Positions 51,281 through 63,714 of a stretch of 64,000 bases of DNA are shown here, piece by piece (the stretch's first letter is position 1; the number at the start of each line of letters is the position of its first letter). The notes under the pieces were generated by a model, which saw only the letters and a program-made list of their open reading frames with translations, did no database searches and was not told the origin of the DNA. The DNA lies in the NCBI GenBank assembly GCA_951406725.2, contig OX597832.1, positions 5,270,001 to 5,334,000 on the forward strand, read 5' to 3'. Source of the DNA: Octopus vulgaris. Taxonomy: Eukaryota. The translations under genes and the position numbers were made by a program.

Positions 51281-51850
51281 GGGCAAGACTTCCTTTTGTA
51301 CCCGCCTCCACCAAAACCCCACTTTCTTAAATTTTTGTTTTCTACACAAACTCCCGTTTTCGGCTATGAAGAATGCGAATCTGCCAAAAAAATTGGCAAA
51401 AATCAGCATTTTGAAATTAACCTTCCCCGCCCCTATTTTCTTCATTTTTTATTTTTTCCATTTTTTTTTTAAATATGCGGAAAAATACGGAGATTATGAT
51501 TCTGAAAATAATTTCCAAAAATTTCTGTAAAATTTCAATTAAAAAAAAGATTACACCTCCCCCTCCCCTTGCAGTGTACGAAGATTATGGTTCTGAAAAA
51601 AATTTCCAAAAATGTTTGTAGTTTAGAGTTACCGTTTTAAGGTTAGGGTTAGAGTTAGGGTTTTAGGGTTAGGGATAAACGTCAAAAATGAATAAATTGG
51701 GGGAGGAGGAAGGGGGGACGAAATTTCAAAATGCCGATATTTGGCAATTTTCCGGAATCTTCATATCCCAAAACGGGGGTTTTTGGCTTAAAAAAAGAAA
51801 AAAATTGGTAGGAAATGAGGGGGGGGGGGTAACAGGAGGAAGACTTTCCC
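51281..51850. mobile_element. Long-TIR foldback element with internal (TTAGGG)n
   Basis: GGGCAAGACTTCCTTTTGTACC / GGTAACAGGAGGAAGACTTTCCC with imperfect arms of about 150 bp. Telomeric repeats at 51637-51674. Confidence 0.7.
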
Positions 51851-51926
51851 AAAATTTCGGTTAATTTTAAAATTTCAAAATCTGTGAAAAATTTCGGTTA
51901 ATTTTAAAATTTCAAAATCTGTGAAA
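51851..51926. repeat. Perfect 37-bp tandem duplication
   Basis: AAATTTCGGTTAATTTTAAAATTTCAAAATCTGTGAA twice. Confidence 0.9.
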
Positions 51927-52789
51927 CAAAAAAAAAAACAAAAAAAACATCCAAATTGTTTCCTTTTAGTTTAAAACTTGTAACAAAAATGTTTTACAAA
52001 TAAATTATTCGGAATTTGTCAAAACATCAGGTAAAGTGTGTTTTCCTTAGCACATATACATATATGCGCGCGTGTGTTATATTCATAATATATACGCGAT
52101 TTCGGTTGCAATAGCCTTTTAATCTATCAATAAATTTGTATTATAATCGCAATGTCTGTATGTAAAAGACATCAAAATATCTTAAACTTCTCTTTCACTT
52201 TTCTCGACCATTTTATGTACTTATAACGAAAGACCATTTCCATTTTTTTTTAAAGGATACATACAATTCAAATTATCAAATGATAGAAAGGACAACACGA
52301 TTCAGAGGTAATTGTCAACTGAATAAAATGCCCTAGTGTAGGATGTAGGATATTTGTTTTAACCGAATAGATCAATACAGAAGTAATGGGAAGGGAAATA
52401 AAAGTACATTATGTTACTAGGAAGAACAAAACATCAATAAACATGTCCTTAAGTTTAAATTAGAGAGAGAAATCGTTTTTTTCCCTATTAAGCTAACACA
52501 ATGTGCAAATATTAAGGTATTTCATGGCTGTTTAACAAGGGATGAAAAAAGGGGAAAAACACACACAAAAAGGGGAAAAAATGCGTATTTAAAAAAAATA
52601 TTGGACAGTTCAATTCAAAACTGCTCACTTTATAAATGAAGAGTAGGTGTTGTTGATATAAGTATCTGAATTTGAAAATAAATCAAGACAGCATCTGAAC
52701 TTGTGAATAAATTTAGACGGTGTCCAATTGTTATTCTTTCCGACGTTGTATTGGGGTAGTCACCCAACTTGCTTGTTTGTTTTATATAT

Positions 52790-52829
<40 letters not shown>

Positions 52830-52833
<4 letters not shown>

Positions 52834-53240
52834 ATCTTTTAATTGTTTTAGTCATTGGACTGTAGCCATGCTGGAGCACCGTCTTAGGGGTTTGATAGAA
52901 CAAATCGACCGCAGTCCTTTTAAGCCTAATACCTATTCTATCAGTCACTTTTACCGAACGGCAAAGTAACGTGAACAAACCAATATTGGTTGTCAAGCGG
53001 CGGTGGTGTGCAAACACACACGCACATACACGCGCGATAGGCTTCTTCCAGTTTCTGTCGGCAATGTTTCGTTTCCCAACGAAACAAACGAAACATTGCT
53101 GTTCTGTTAACTAAGTCCATTCACAAGTCTGGTTAACATAAGGCTAGAGTAGGAAACACTTGCCCAAAGTGCCACGCGGTAGCATTGAACACGAAACCAT
53201 GTAGTCGAGATGCAAACTTCTGACCACACAGCCACGCCTA
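52830..53240 (-). mobile_element. Family A SINE carrying a 41-bp hairpin insertion (53060-53100)
   Basis: Diverged but CpG-retaining copy. Confidence 0.8.
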
Positions 53241-53842
53241 GAAGCTTTTGTTTACTAATTGCTTGGATAATCTCTGTTGAAGTCTTTCCCAGTTGACCCA
53301 AACTTTCCAACTCATCAGTTTTCTTTTCCACATTAATATTAAACATGGTTTTAGGTAGGACTTCCTCAAACCTTTTATTAATTCACTACTACTTATTGAA
53401 TCAATAATACAATACTAGTAGGACACAAGCGAACGAGTAAGCGAGAGAGAAATCCAACAAACTTTTCATCAGAGAATGAAGTTTTATTCTGTGTTGACAT
53501 TGAATAATTGAACAACAGACGATGCCGTTATTAAATACTTGGATTTGTAATTTAACAGGCCAACAACATACATGTCTCTGGATTGCTGACATCTTATTTG
53601 AGAGCAGGCATAATTTATTGACTAGCGTGTGATTTCCATAGAGACGTTTATTGTGAATGGGTTGAGAACAGTGTTAAAGGGAATTGGAGGATTTGATACT
53701 AACAGTATGGATAAAATCAATAGAGCTAGGAGTGTTCTTTTTTAGAATGTTTTTTTTTCTCGTCGTAAACAAAAGTTTATAGGATGGATACACTCTTCAA
53801 TGGATATTTGGAGGAGTCGAATGGTACAAAAGAAATGTTTTC

Positions 53843-53930
53843 GGCGCGGATAAAGAATACACACACCATCCGTTTTCGGCGTAACCCTAACCGCGGAAAA
53901 CGGGTGGTGTGCGTATTCTTTACTTTTGCC
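53843..53930. mobile_element. 88-bp micro-MITE with a telomeric loop
   Basis: GGC...GCC ends, 31-bp arms 53851-53881 / 53892-53922, loop TAACCCTAAC, perfect 8-bp TSD ATGTTTTC. Confidence 0.8.
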
Positions 53931-53940
53931 ATGTTTTCTT

Positions 53941-54135
53941 ATACCTATTTCTATTTCTTTACTACCCACAAGGGGCTAAACACAGAGAGAACAAACAAGG
54001 ACAGATAAACAGATTGAGTCGGTTACATCGACCCCAGTGCGTAACTGGTACTTATTTAATCGACCCCGAAAGGATGAAAGGCAAAATCGACCTCAGCGGA
54101 ATTCGAACTCAGAACGTAGCCGCAGGCGAATTACC
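53941..54135 (-). mobile_element. Family B SINE, 5'-truncated
   Basis: Inverted relative to 54342-54580. Confidence 0.85.
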
Positions 54136-54341
54136 AGTTCCAGATAGGACAAGGGTCACATTAGAGCCACTCACAGATCAAAACATTCTAGCATATACTC
54201 GGGTTACATCCGATGAATGGGCTACATGTGCTAAAACAGGCCAGCTTGGAACGAGTGGACTCTAAGTACAGGACGTGAATATTTAGAAATGAAATATTGT
54301 TGATATTTTTGAGAATAATATTTATTTTGGCGAAATATTCC

Positions 54342-54580
54342 AAGGCAGCGAGCTGGCAGAAACGTTAGCACGCCGGGCGAAATGCGTAGCCGTATTTCGT
54401 CTGCCGCTACGTTCTGGGTTCAAATTCCGCCGAAGTCGACTTTGCCTTTTATCCTTTCGGGGTCGATAAATAAAGTACCAGTTACGCACTGTGGTTGATA
54501 TAATCGACTTAATCCATTTGTCTGTCCTTGTTTGTCCCCTCAGTGTTTAGCCCCTTGTGGGTAGTAAAGAAATAGGTATT
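54342..54580 (+). mobile_element. Family B SINE, full length with CpGs intact
   Basis: AGGCAGCGAGCTGGCAGAAACGTTAGCACGCCGGGCG...GTAGTAAAGAAATAGG. Confidence 0.9.
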
Positions 54581-55477
54581 TCACTAAGTTCTGAGTTCCA
54601 ATTCCTCCGAGGTCGACTTTGCCTTTCATCCTTTCGGGGTCGATAAATTAAGTACCAGTTGCGTCCTGGAGTCAATCTAATCGACTGGCCCCTTCCCTCA
54701 AAAGTTCGGGCCTTGTGCCTAGAGGAGAAAAGAATATTCATATCTTCCCCCAACCTTCTTTTAGAAGGTTAAAAAGTAATCGAGAAATCCAAGTGGAACA
54801 AATCCATTAAATAAGGAACAATTCATGTAGGGAGAAAATGAATGCAATAGCAAACATCTACAAGTGTTCACGTTACTGTGCATAGTTACACACGTATTAC
54901 AATGTAATTCTTCCTTTGTGTTTTGTATTAGCATAAATGAGATTTTGTTTCGCATATCTCTATTTATGATGTAATAATGCATTTAAAATAAAATTTTAAA
55001 TCTGACTGTCACGTAATATTTTTGAAAATTTTGTATTCTGATCATAAACTAAGTGAAGTCTCGCTTTTGAATAAAATACCTTTAGTTTGAATATGACATA
55101 ATGTTATTTCCCCGTAGCAAACTAACAGTAATAATATCGACTCCTAAGAGAATACACCCGCCATAAAAACAAAACAAAACAAAAGCAAAACAATCAAACA
55201 AAAACTTGCAAAACTAAACAATTTCTTGCTAAACTTCGCCTAAGTTATAGATGCGTGGACGTTTTAATCCGTATTAAAGGTAAAACATGGAAAATGATGT
55301 CAAGAAAAGCTAAAGCAATCACAATAGGTTGATATGGATATTTACAGAAACTAAATAAGAATGAAATGCTGACAGCTCAATATGAATTTTCCGATATTCA
55401 ACAAGTTGATGTTAATATAAAGTTCGCAAGTACATAATTCAATAAAACAATGAAATAAACTAACATTAGAAGCTTAC

Positions 55478-55740
55478 CTGTTTTATAAAGAAATCTCAAG
55501 TTTCGTAGGTAATTAGTCGTATTTTAACCATCATTTAGGAAGCTTTTTTACCATATAAGTTAGGGAAATCCACGAAGACGTGTTTTCCTTGGGTACGTCA
55601 TAAATTTTATAAATAAAGAGCAACGTTAACATATATTAAAGGTTTGCTATTGTGATTTAAAACATTTCTGATATCGAATGCACGGTAGAAGTGATTTCAA
55701 TGTGTTGACTGTTTCAATAGCAACAGCTTGACTGTTTTTT
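55478..55740 (-). other. Candidate first non-coding exon of the SHANK-like gene; TSS unknown
   Basis: Consensus-like donor CAG|GTAAGC at 55477 within CpG-retaining unique sequence. Confidence 0.4.
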
Positions 55741-56110
55741 GCACTTCGATATCGATATTTTAAGGCCTTGAGCAGAGCACTGCACTATTGTAGTTTTTAG
55801 AGCTTCATTACTACTTCCTATAGCTTGCTTCTGACTAAACGACGTGGAAGGGGTAAATTTATTCAGTGCTGGGATGAACAGATGTTTGATGTTTTAAAAC
55901 ACACTGACAGGTCAAATGAGATGGTCAAACATAAAACAATTTTCCCTGAAATAACTTGAAAAGTAACACAGAACAAATAAAATGACAAGTAAAATTTGAA
56001 ATGTGTGTCAGTTGTTTTATAGAGATCTTGCTGAAAAGAAAATATCATCATCACCCATCACCTTCATCATCATCATCGTCGTCGTTCATCTCGTCTACAC
56101 GCATCAGGTA
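55480..56110. promoter_or_regulatory. Putative, possibly bidirectional, promoter
   Basis: Repeat-free and CpG-retaining, with divergent splice donors at 55477 (-) and 56108 (+), DRE-like TATCGATA at 55750-55757 and Inr-like TCAGT at 55863. Confidence 0.4.
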
Positions 56111-56672
56111 ATGCCTTACTGTCACTGATCTCACGCTCCCTTTCATTCAAATTAACATTGTTTGTCAAAAGGATAACGCTTATCTCAAATATAATCATTT
56201 AAGGGATATTCTTAAGAAAGGATAACAAAAGACTAATCAATGCTTTTTAGGGGAAGAGAGGTTAGTTGATACAATCGATACAAGAACTAAATATGTAATT
56301 GGTTTTAAGGACCTGCGAAAAGGAGAAAGGCAAACTTGAACTCAAAAATCAAAGAACGAAAAGTAAAATACCATACATAATGAGAAAAACATCTTAACGG
56401 AATGTCAACTTAATTATTGAGTATGCATGTTAACATATTTCTTTTCTTTTTTCGTAGCTACAAAACCATACATACATGTACTGAATAGAACAAATGAAAT
56501 TGGGTAATGCTATTTTCAGGGTCATTAATGATGTTGTGAAGTGACTACAAAAAAAAATTTAAAAATTGAGTCTAGGTCACGCACTCAGTTTACAAACTTC
56601 TGTTTAATCAATCTTTCAATATTTCAAATGTTCTTTTAAAGACAATAATTTTAACAAGTTCCTCTATAATAG

Positions 56673-57030
56673 GCCGTGTGGTAAGAAGCTTGCTTCTCAA
56701 CCACATAGTTCCAGGTTCAGTCCCACTCTTGGGCAAGTGCTTTCTACTATAGCCTCAGGCCGTCCAAAACCTTGTGAGTGGATTTGATAGATTGAAACTG
56801 AAAGAAGCCTGTCATATGTATGTGTGTGTCTTTGTTTGTCCCACGCTTGACAACCGGTGTTGGTGTGTTTACGTCCCCATAACTTAGCGGCTCAGCAAAA
56901 GAGAGTATGATAGAACAAGTACTAGGTTTAATAAAAAAAAATCCTGTTGTCAATTTGCTCAACTAAAAAAAAACCCTTCAAGGTGGTGCTCCAGCATGGC
57001 CATAATCAGATGACTGAAACGAGTAAAAAA
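56673..57030 (+). mobile_element. Family A SINE
   Basis: Head and tail motifs. Confidence 0.85.
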
Positions 57031-59497
57031 ATAATAAAATTCTTTTGTACATTCTGAATGCTTCTTTAAATTTTAAAAAAAGCTATTCTAAACTAAAAAT
57101 AGCTTTGAAACGATATAATTTGTTCTTTATGTAAAACCTGACACATTGATTACTGTTATGTGCTTGAAGTTGCAATTTTGAATTATACAACATATGACAT
57201 ATATTCTTTTCTACTCTAGGCACAAGGCCCGAAATTATTTGGGCAGTCGATTAGATCAACCTCAGTATGCAACTGGTACTTAATTTATTGACCCCAAAAG
57301 GATGAAAGGCAAAGTCGACCTCTGTAGAATTTGAACTCAGAATGTAAAGATAGCCGAAATATCGCTATTGAATATGCAATCTTTAGTATTCATGTTTTAG
57401 AAGATTAATTGATAAAGATAATGCTTCAGCAAGATATACGTGCAGTAAAGTTTCGATTCCTTGTAGCTAGAGACATTTCACTTCAATTAAGAATGCAAAT
57501 GTTCTTTTGAACATCATAAAGATCTCACAATCTCATCTTTCTTCTTTCTAAATTTGGGGCATTGCTATTTGACTGGTGGGGGATGAAAAACCAAACAAAC
57601 AAAAACTACTTAGTGTAAATACTGATTTCAAATTTTGGAACAAGGCCAGCATATTTTGAGGGGGGGGGGGGAGTTGATGAGATCAACCCCAGTACTTGAC
57701 TGGTTCTTATTTTTTATCAAGTTTGAAAGGCAAAGTTGACCTTGGTGGAATTTGACCTCATAACATAAAGATGGATGGTGTGTGGTTAAGCATTTCATCC
57801 GGTGTACTAATGGTTCGGCCAGCTTGCTGCCTTAATTTATATAAAGATAAGCATATCAATTCTCACATACAGCTTAGATCAAGATCAGAACTCAGGTACA
57901 AATGCAAGGTGATGTAATCATCATCATCATTTAACATCTGTTTTTCCTGGTATGGGTTAGACAGTTTGACAAGCTGGCTAGCCAGAAGACTGCACTAGGT
58001 TTCACTGTCTGTTTTGGCATGCTTTTCATGACTGGACTCCCTTCCTAATGCCAACCACTTTAGAGTGGCCTGGGTGCTTTTTACATGGCATTTGTACCAG
58101 TGAGGTCTGCTTTGGCATCGATTTTACTGCTGGATGCTGTAATATCTTACTTAATTTACTGCTGAGTCAATGCCAAACTATATCTCATATTATTTACAGT
58201 ATTAGAACTTATTCTTTAGTGATGTATCACAAAACTGTTCTAAAGTGGTATACTTCTCCAAAGCCATCACTTGTTATTGCATAAATTTAATATTTCACAT
58301 TTAGATTACCTGATGTTAATTGCTTTGGTAAAGTGTATGAATGAAACAGACTTTGTTTGCTCAGGAGGAGAGATGTCCCTTCATGAAAACTTTTTCTCCT
58401 CAGAATGGTTATTTTGAATTCTTGAACAACTGTAAGTCAATACTGCAGGAGAAATGTGCAGTGAGAAAGTTCTGGAGGGATGACTTTTTAGAAAGAAGAA
58501 TTGGACCAAGTGTTTGGTGCACGACCTGAAGAGCGTGGGAGGTGTCACAATATACATGATGAGAAGAAGAGAGATGAGTGTGTCTGGTGAGTATGAGTGT
58601 ATAGAGATACACACCTAGCCGGCTCCAAGGTGCTGAAGCCATTTGAGTTGTAGAAAAAGCAGAGTGCTGGGAGAGCATGTCATTTTTTTAGGATTAATCA
58701 AAGGAGGATGCTTGAAACAGGGTGGAATACACTGGAGATACTCAAGGTTGTGTTAAATCAGTCAATGGATTAAGTCTACCAATCATTAGATGAAAGGTGA
58801 AGTATATATAGGTGAGTGATTCCAACTATCAGTTGGTTGGCTTTCTTTTCAGTGTGGTCTAGAATGTATGTATGTGTGTGTGTGTGTGTGTATCACACCA
58901 GCACCATTGGGCTGGCAGAATTGTTTGCACTTTGAACAAAATGCCTTACAGTATTTAGTTACAGCCTCTTACAGTCTACATTCAAAACCTGCTCAACTTT
59001 GCCTTTCATTATTCTTTCTTATGAAGCCCTTTGCTCCCTATGGAGATAAACCAACAACAGCACTTTCCCCCTGATCTCAGTTTTAGGCTGTCTGTCTGTC
59101 TGTTACTTTCCAGATCCCTGCTTTTTCTGCTCTGCCTTAGTATCTCACCTCATACGATTCTCTGAGGTTTTGTCTTCCTCTCCCAGCTCTTTTTGGTTTT
59201 GAATTGTCATCGATGCTGCTATAAGGCAAACCCATTTTTATCTCAGGGAAGAGATAGTCCCTATTTTTCTGGCCTCTATCCTTTGACCTGTTCGGGAGAC
59301 CCTACCAGGGGTTTGTGCTCACTGGTAGAGCTCTCAGGATCATTGGCACATATGATCCTGAGAGAACAAGGACTGCTTCATTCACCTCACAAAAGAAATG
59401 ATGAAAGAATGCAAAAAACAGTGGTGGAAAGGATGTCTCCAACCCAAGTAAGAAAGGAAAAACAGATGTAAAAAGGATGATGAGGATGACAATAATA

Positions 59498-59542
<45 letters not shown>

Positions 59543-59578
59543 ATGATGATATATATATATATATATGTATGTTTGTAT

Positions 59579-59945
59579 AGGCACAAGCATGGTTGTGTGA
59601 TAAGAAGTTTGCTTCCCAATCATATGGTGCCAGGTTCAGTCCCACTGCATGGCACCTTGAGCAAGTGTCTTGTACTGACCAAAGCCTTGTGAGTGGATTT
59701 GGTAGATGGAAACTAAAAGAATCCTATTGTAAATATATATATATATATATGTGCTTATTCCTCACTACTGCTTCACAACAAGTGTTGGTGTGTTTACATC
59801 CCTGTAACTTAGTGGTTCGGCAAAAGAGACCGATAGAAAAGTGCTAGGCTTTACAAAAAAAAAATGTTCTGGAGTTGACTAAAATTCTTCAAGTCTGTGC
59901 CCCAACATGGCCACAATCTAATGACTGAAACAAGTTAAAGATAAG
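59579..59945 (+). mobile_element. Family A SINE
   Basis: CpG-decayed full copy, inverted relative to 60415-60872. Confidence 0.85.
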
Positions 59946-60414
59946 AGGTGAAGAAAGATAGATACACAAATGCACATACTAGATATACACTTACTTTTCA
60001 AAAGTAAATAGACACTTTGTTTTTGAAAGATTTATTTCTAGAAACAAAATTATGTCACTTGATACATTTAGATACTTAATCTAGTATTAACTAGACAAGC
60101 CTCGTGCAGTTTTTAATGACATAACCCGTTTGATCATTTTACTAATGAGTAGCATTTGCACAGATAAAAACAGCATTAGAGGGTGTCTATTTACTTTTGA
60201 GATGTCTGTGGAAAATATTGAACGGGAGTAGATCTGGTTGGTGTTCAAGCCAAATGATGAAAGCAATGTTTTGTTTCTGTTAGGTCACTTCAGTAAAGCA
60301 CATTCTACTCCTTTGGCAAAACTAACAATGACCAATATATGGATAAAAATAGACAGAATGAGCTGGAGTCAGTTATGAATATTGACACTAAATAATTTCA
60401 GTCGAGTGAATCTA

Positions 60415-60872
60415 TTATCTTTGATCTTTGACATGTTTCCGTCATTAGATTGTGGTCATGCTGGGGCACTGCCTTGAGGAATTTTTAGCCAAATGAATCA
60501 ACCCCAGTACTCTTTTTTCTAAGTCTGGTACTTATTTTATCAGTCTCTCTTGCCTAACTGCTAAGTAATGGGGACATGAACACGCCAACACCAGTTGTCA
60601 AGCAATGGTGGGGGACAAACACACACGCACAAACACACACACACACATGCACAAACACACACAAACACACACGCACAACCACACACACAAGCACATACAC
60701 ACAAACACATGTAAATGACAGACTTCTTTCAGTTTCCATCAATCAAATCCACTCACAAGGCTTTGGTTGGCCTGAGGCTATAGAAGACACTTGCCCAAGG
60801 TGCAATGCAGGGGGTCTGAACCCAGAAGCATATGGTTGGGAAGCAAGCTTCTTATCACACTGCCACACCTGC
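60415..60872 (-). mobile_element. Family A SINE with an expanded CA tract
   Basis: Head and tail motifs. Confidence 0.85.
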
Positions 60873-61869
60873 GTTTATGTATTTCTTTTTAAAGATTTTA
60901 AACACCTGTAGAGGGCATCTTTGCCTACAAATTGCCCAGATAATCTTAGTTGATCAGAATTTCTCAACTCAGTAATTTATATATTTGAAACCTTACCTTA
61001 TTTGTATTTATTATGCACAACATATGCCCCTGCGGCATTTTCTCTCAGCCATATTGTCAATACCCTTCCCTCCCTCCCACCTTCACTCTTTCTTTCTGTC
61101 TGTCTGACTGTATGACCATTTGCCTATCTCTCTCCCCTCCCCTTCTCCCTCTCACCTTCTCATTTTCTCCCCCCCCCTCACTGTCTCACTTTTCCTCTCT
61201 ATTTATGTATGTACATGTGCATGCATGCATGTGTGTGTATGTGTGTGAGAGCATATATTTGCATATCTGTATAGCATTTTCCTGTTATCCACTCTGTCCT
61301 TTCCTCAAAAATTTCAGTTCTGTGGCATTGCTTTTATTAGTACCATTATTAGTACGAACATATTTAATATATATGAGACAGTAAAAAGCTAATTATATAT
61401 ATATATATATATATATATAGGCAATGCTCCTGCATGGCTGCAGTCAAATGACTGTAAAAAAAAATATACATATACTTTATGTATATATATATATTTATAT
61501 ATATATATGTAGGTATATATGTATTTATACACACACACACACATATGTATGTATATATGCATGTATGTATGACAAAAAGTAGATATACAGGATTGTCCTT
61601 TTATTGTGATATGAAAATAGAATAGCATAGATATTAAATTATTCAGAAACACAATCCTCATCAAAAACAGTAAGTGAGTTCATGTGAACATATTTAATGC
61701 ATGAAAGCTTAAAACACTAACTACAAATTAATATGTAGCGATAGAAAATATGGTATTAATCAATGACAGGTATTACTTTAAGTTGTTCTGTCAAGTATGA
61801 AAGACAGATGCAGACCTGCTTTGGTCTTATTCTGATTTCAAACTGAATGCAATATTTTACAGGCACTAC

Positions 61870-62082
61870 AAGGCAGTGAGCTGGCAGAATCATTAGCATG
61901 CCAGGCAAAATGTTTAGCAGCATTTCTTACACCTTTATGTTCTGAGTTCAATTTCTACCAAGGTCAATTTTGCCTTTTATTCTTTTTGGGTCAATAAAAT
62001 AAGTATCACTTGAATACTGGGGTGAAAGTTATTGACTTATCCTCTCCCCTGAAATTGCTGGCCTTGTGCCAAAATTTGAAAG
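61870..62082 (+). mobile_element. Family B SINE, decayed
   Basis: AGGCAGTGAGCTGGCAGAATCATTAGC...GGCCTTGTGCCAAAATTTGAAA. Confidence 0.85.
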
Positions 62083-63301
62083 CAGTATCTTACTGGTATC
62101 TATTTTGATATTTGTAATATTGTGATCATCTAACATGATAATGTGAAAGAAAAAGGATTCCAGATAATCATTTTCAAGGAGAGGAAAAACAGGTTTGAAA
62201 TATATTAGAAAAGAAATAGAAAGAAGCAGATCTTGTTTGTTTATCATCAAAGATCAATTATTCTGAATCCTTTAATTGAATGGATGGTAAATATAGAATT
62301 GATTGCAAAAACTACATGCCGCTACATGTATGAACATAAAATTCATTTAAAGCATGAATGCCAATTTGCTTCATTACTCCATTAGTGGATGTTTGAAATG
62401 TTATTCTTTTGAAAACTTGATGTCAGAAGCATGGAGTAATTTAATCTTAGTTTAATGACTTAAATATAATGATGAAGAATTAAAAAAAAAAATCTATTTA
62501 AATATTATGGGAAAGAAGTAGGATATCGTATATTCACACATACAAGCTGCCTAAACATGTTCAAACCTGAACATGTTCCTCCCTTATGCTTATAATGAAT
62601 ATGATTAATAATTACTAAGTAATAGCTTATTATAATGACATGTTGTGTTATGCAAATCTTCTTGTATTAACAATGATGTATTATTGTAAATTCTCATGAG
62701 TTTATATAAGAATTGTGCTTAGAAAATGAGAACAATCTCTTTAGTATCAATAAAATGATTACTATTTCTGAGCATAAGTAAAATAATAGTAATATGCTCT
62801 GAAAGATTAGCCATTTGTTCTGATGTATTAGTCTTGTATTTTGTCTTAGTAATTTTCTAAAAAGATAGTTTGTTAAATTCATGAATTACATTATTTTTAT
62901 ACAAGAAAACAAAAAGTGCATTCCATGTCAATGATATGACATCATGACCAGAATTTCTTTTTATTAGAAGAAAAAAAAAAAAGGAGGAGGACAGGAGCTA
63001 AAATTTCAAATGATCAAAGAATAATCGAGATAGGGTTGGTCATAGCAAATTAATGCAAGAGCAATGAGTTAGTTCTGTTGATTTCTGCCAAATGTTTGAT
63101 TGGCTATTGTTCTTAATCAAATCTTATTAGACTGCTTAATAAAAATAACAAAAACAACAACAACAACAATTTAGCAACAAAATGCATATAGGATTAATAT
63201 AATACTAATTTGTAACATTTCTTCATAATTGATTTTTCGAAAGATTAGCCTAATATAATGTAAAGTAATTAATATTATGAATAGTAAACATAAATATATT
63301 T

Positions 63302-63581
63302 TATCATACAAAGTAATGTTTTAAATGCAGTATAGTCTTGAAAGCAGCAGAAAGATTGGGTATTTTACCATTAAAAGATGGGAAAAGTTGTCAGCAGACA
63401 GCCGTGAGACATGAACTCACACCCCTTAGATACCATTAAGATAAACTGCCTGCTGACAACAGTCTCCATCAAATTGTCTGCTGACAACTTTTTTCATCAT
63501 ATGAGGGTAAAAATATCCAATCTTTCTGCTGTTTTTACAGCAAGTCTACATTTGAAATACTATTTTCTTGTTTGTATGATA
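63302..63581. repeat. Old foldback/MITE-like inverted repeat
   Basis: CAGCAGAAAGATTGGGTATTTT...GAAAAGTTGTCAGCAGACA (63345-63400) pairs with 63475-63531. Outer arms ATCATACAAA / TTTGTATGAT. Confidence 0.75.
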
Positions 63582-63714
63582 TGATACACATTTGACACTT
63601 CCAAAAACAAAATATTTGTTTACATATATTGTTGCATAAATATATTTAGTTAATGTGTTAGAATAGAAGCCCTTTATCAAGCACAACATTTCAAAATATT
63701 ATGTCATTCTTTTA

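Noticed and set aside
51637-51674. Chromosome end or fusion scar
   Set aside because: Only a few imperfect TTAGGG units, enclosed within a TIR element.
60284-60377. Plus-strand coding exon after TTTGTTTCTGTTAG
   Set aside because: The short frame ends in a stop, with no recognisable homology and no good donor.
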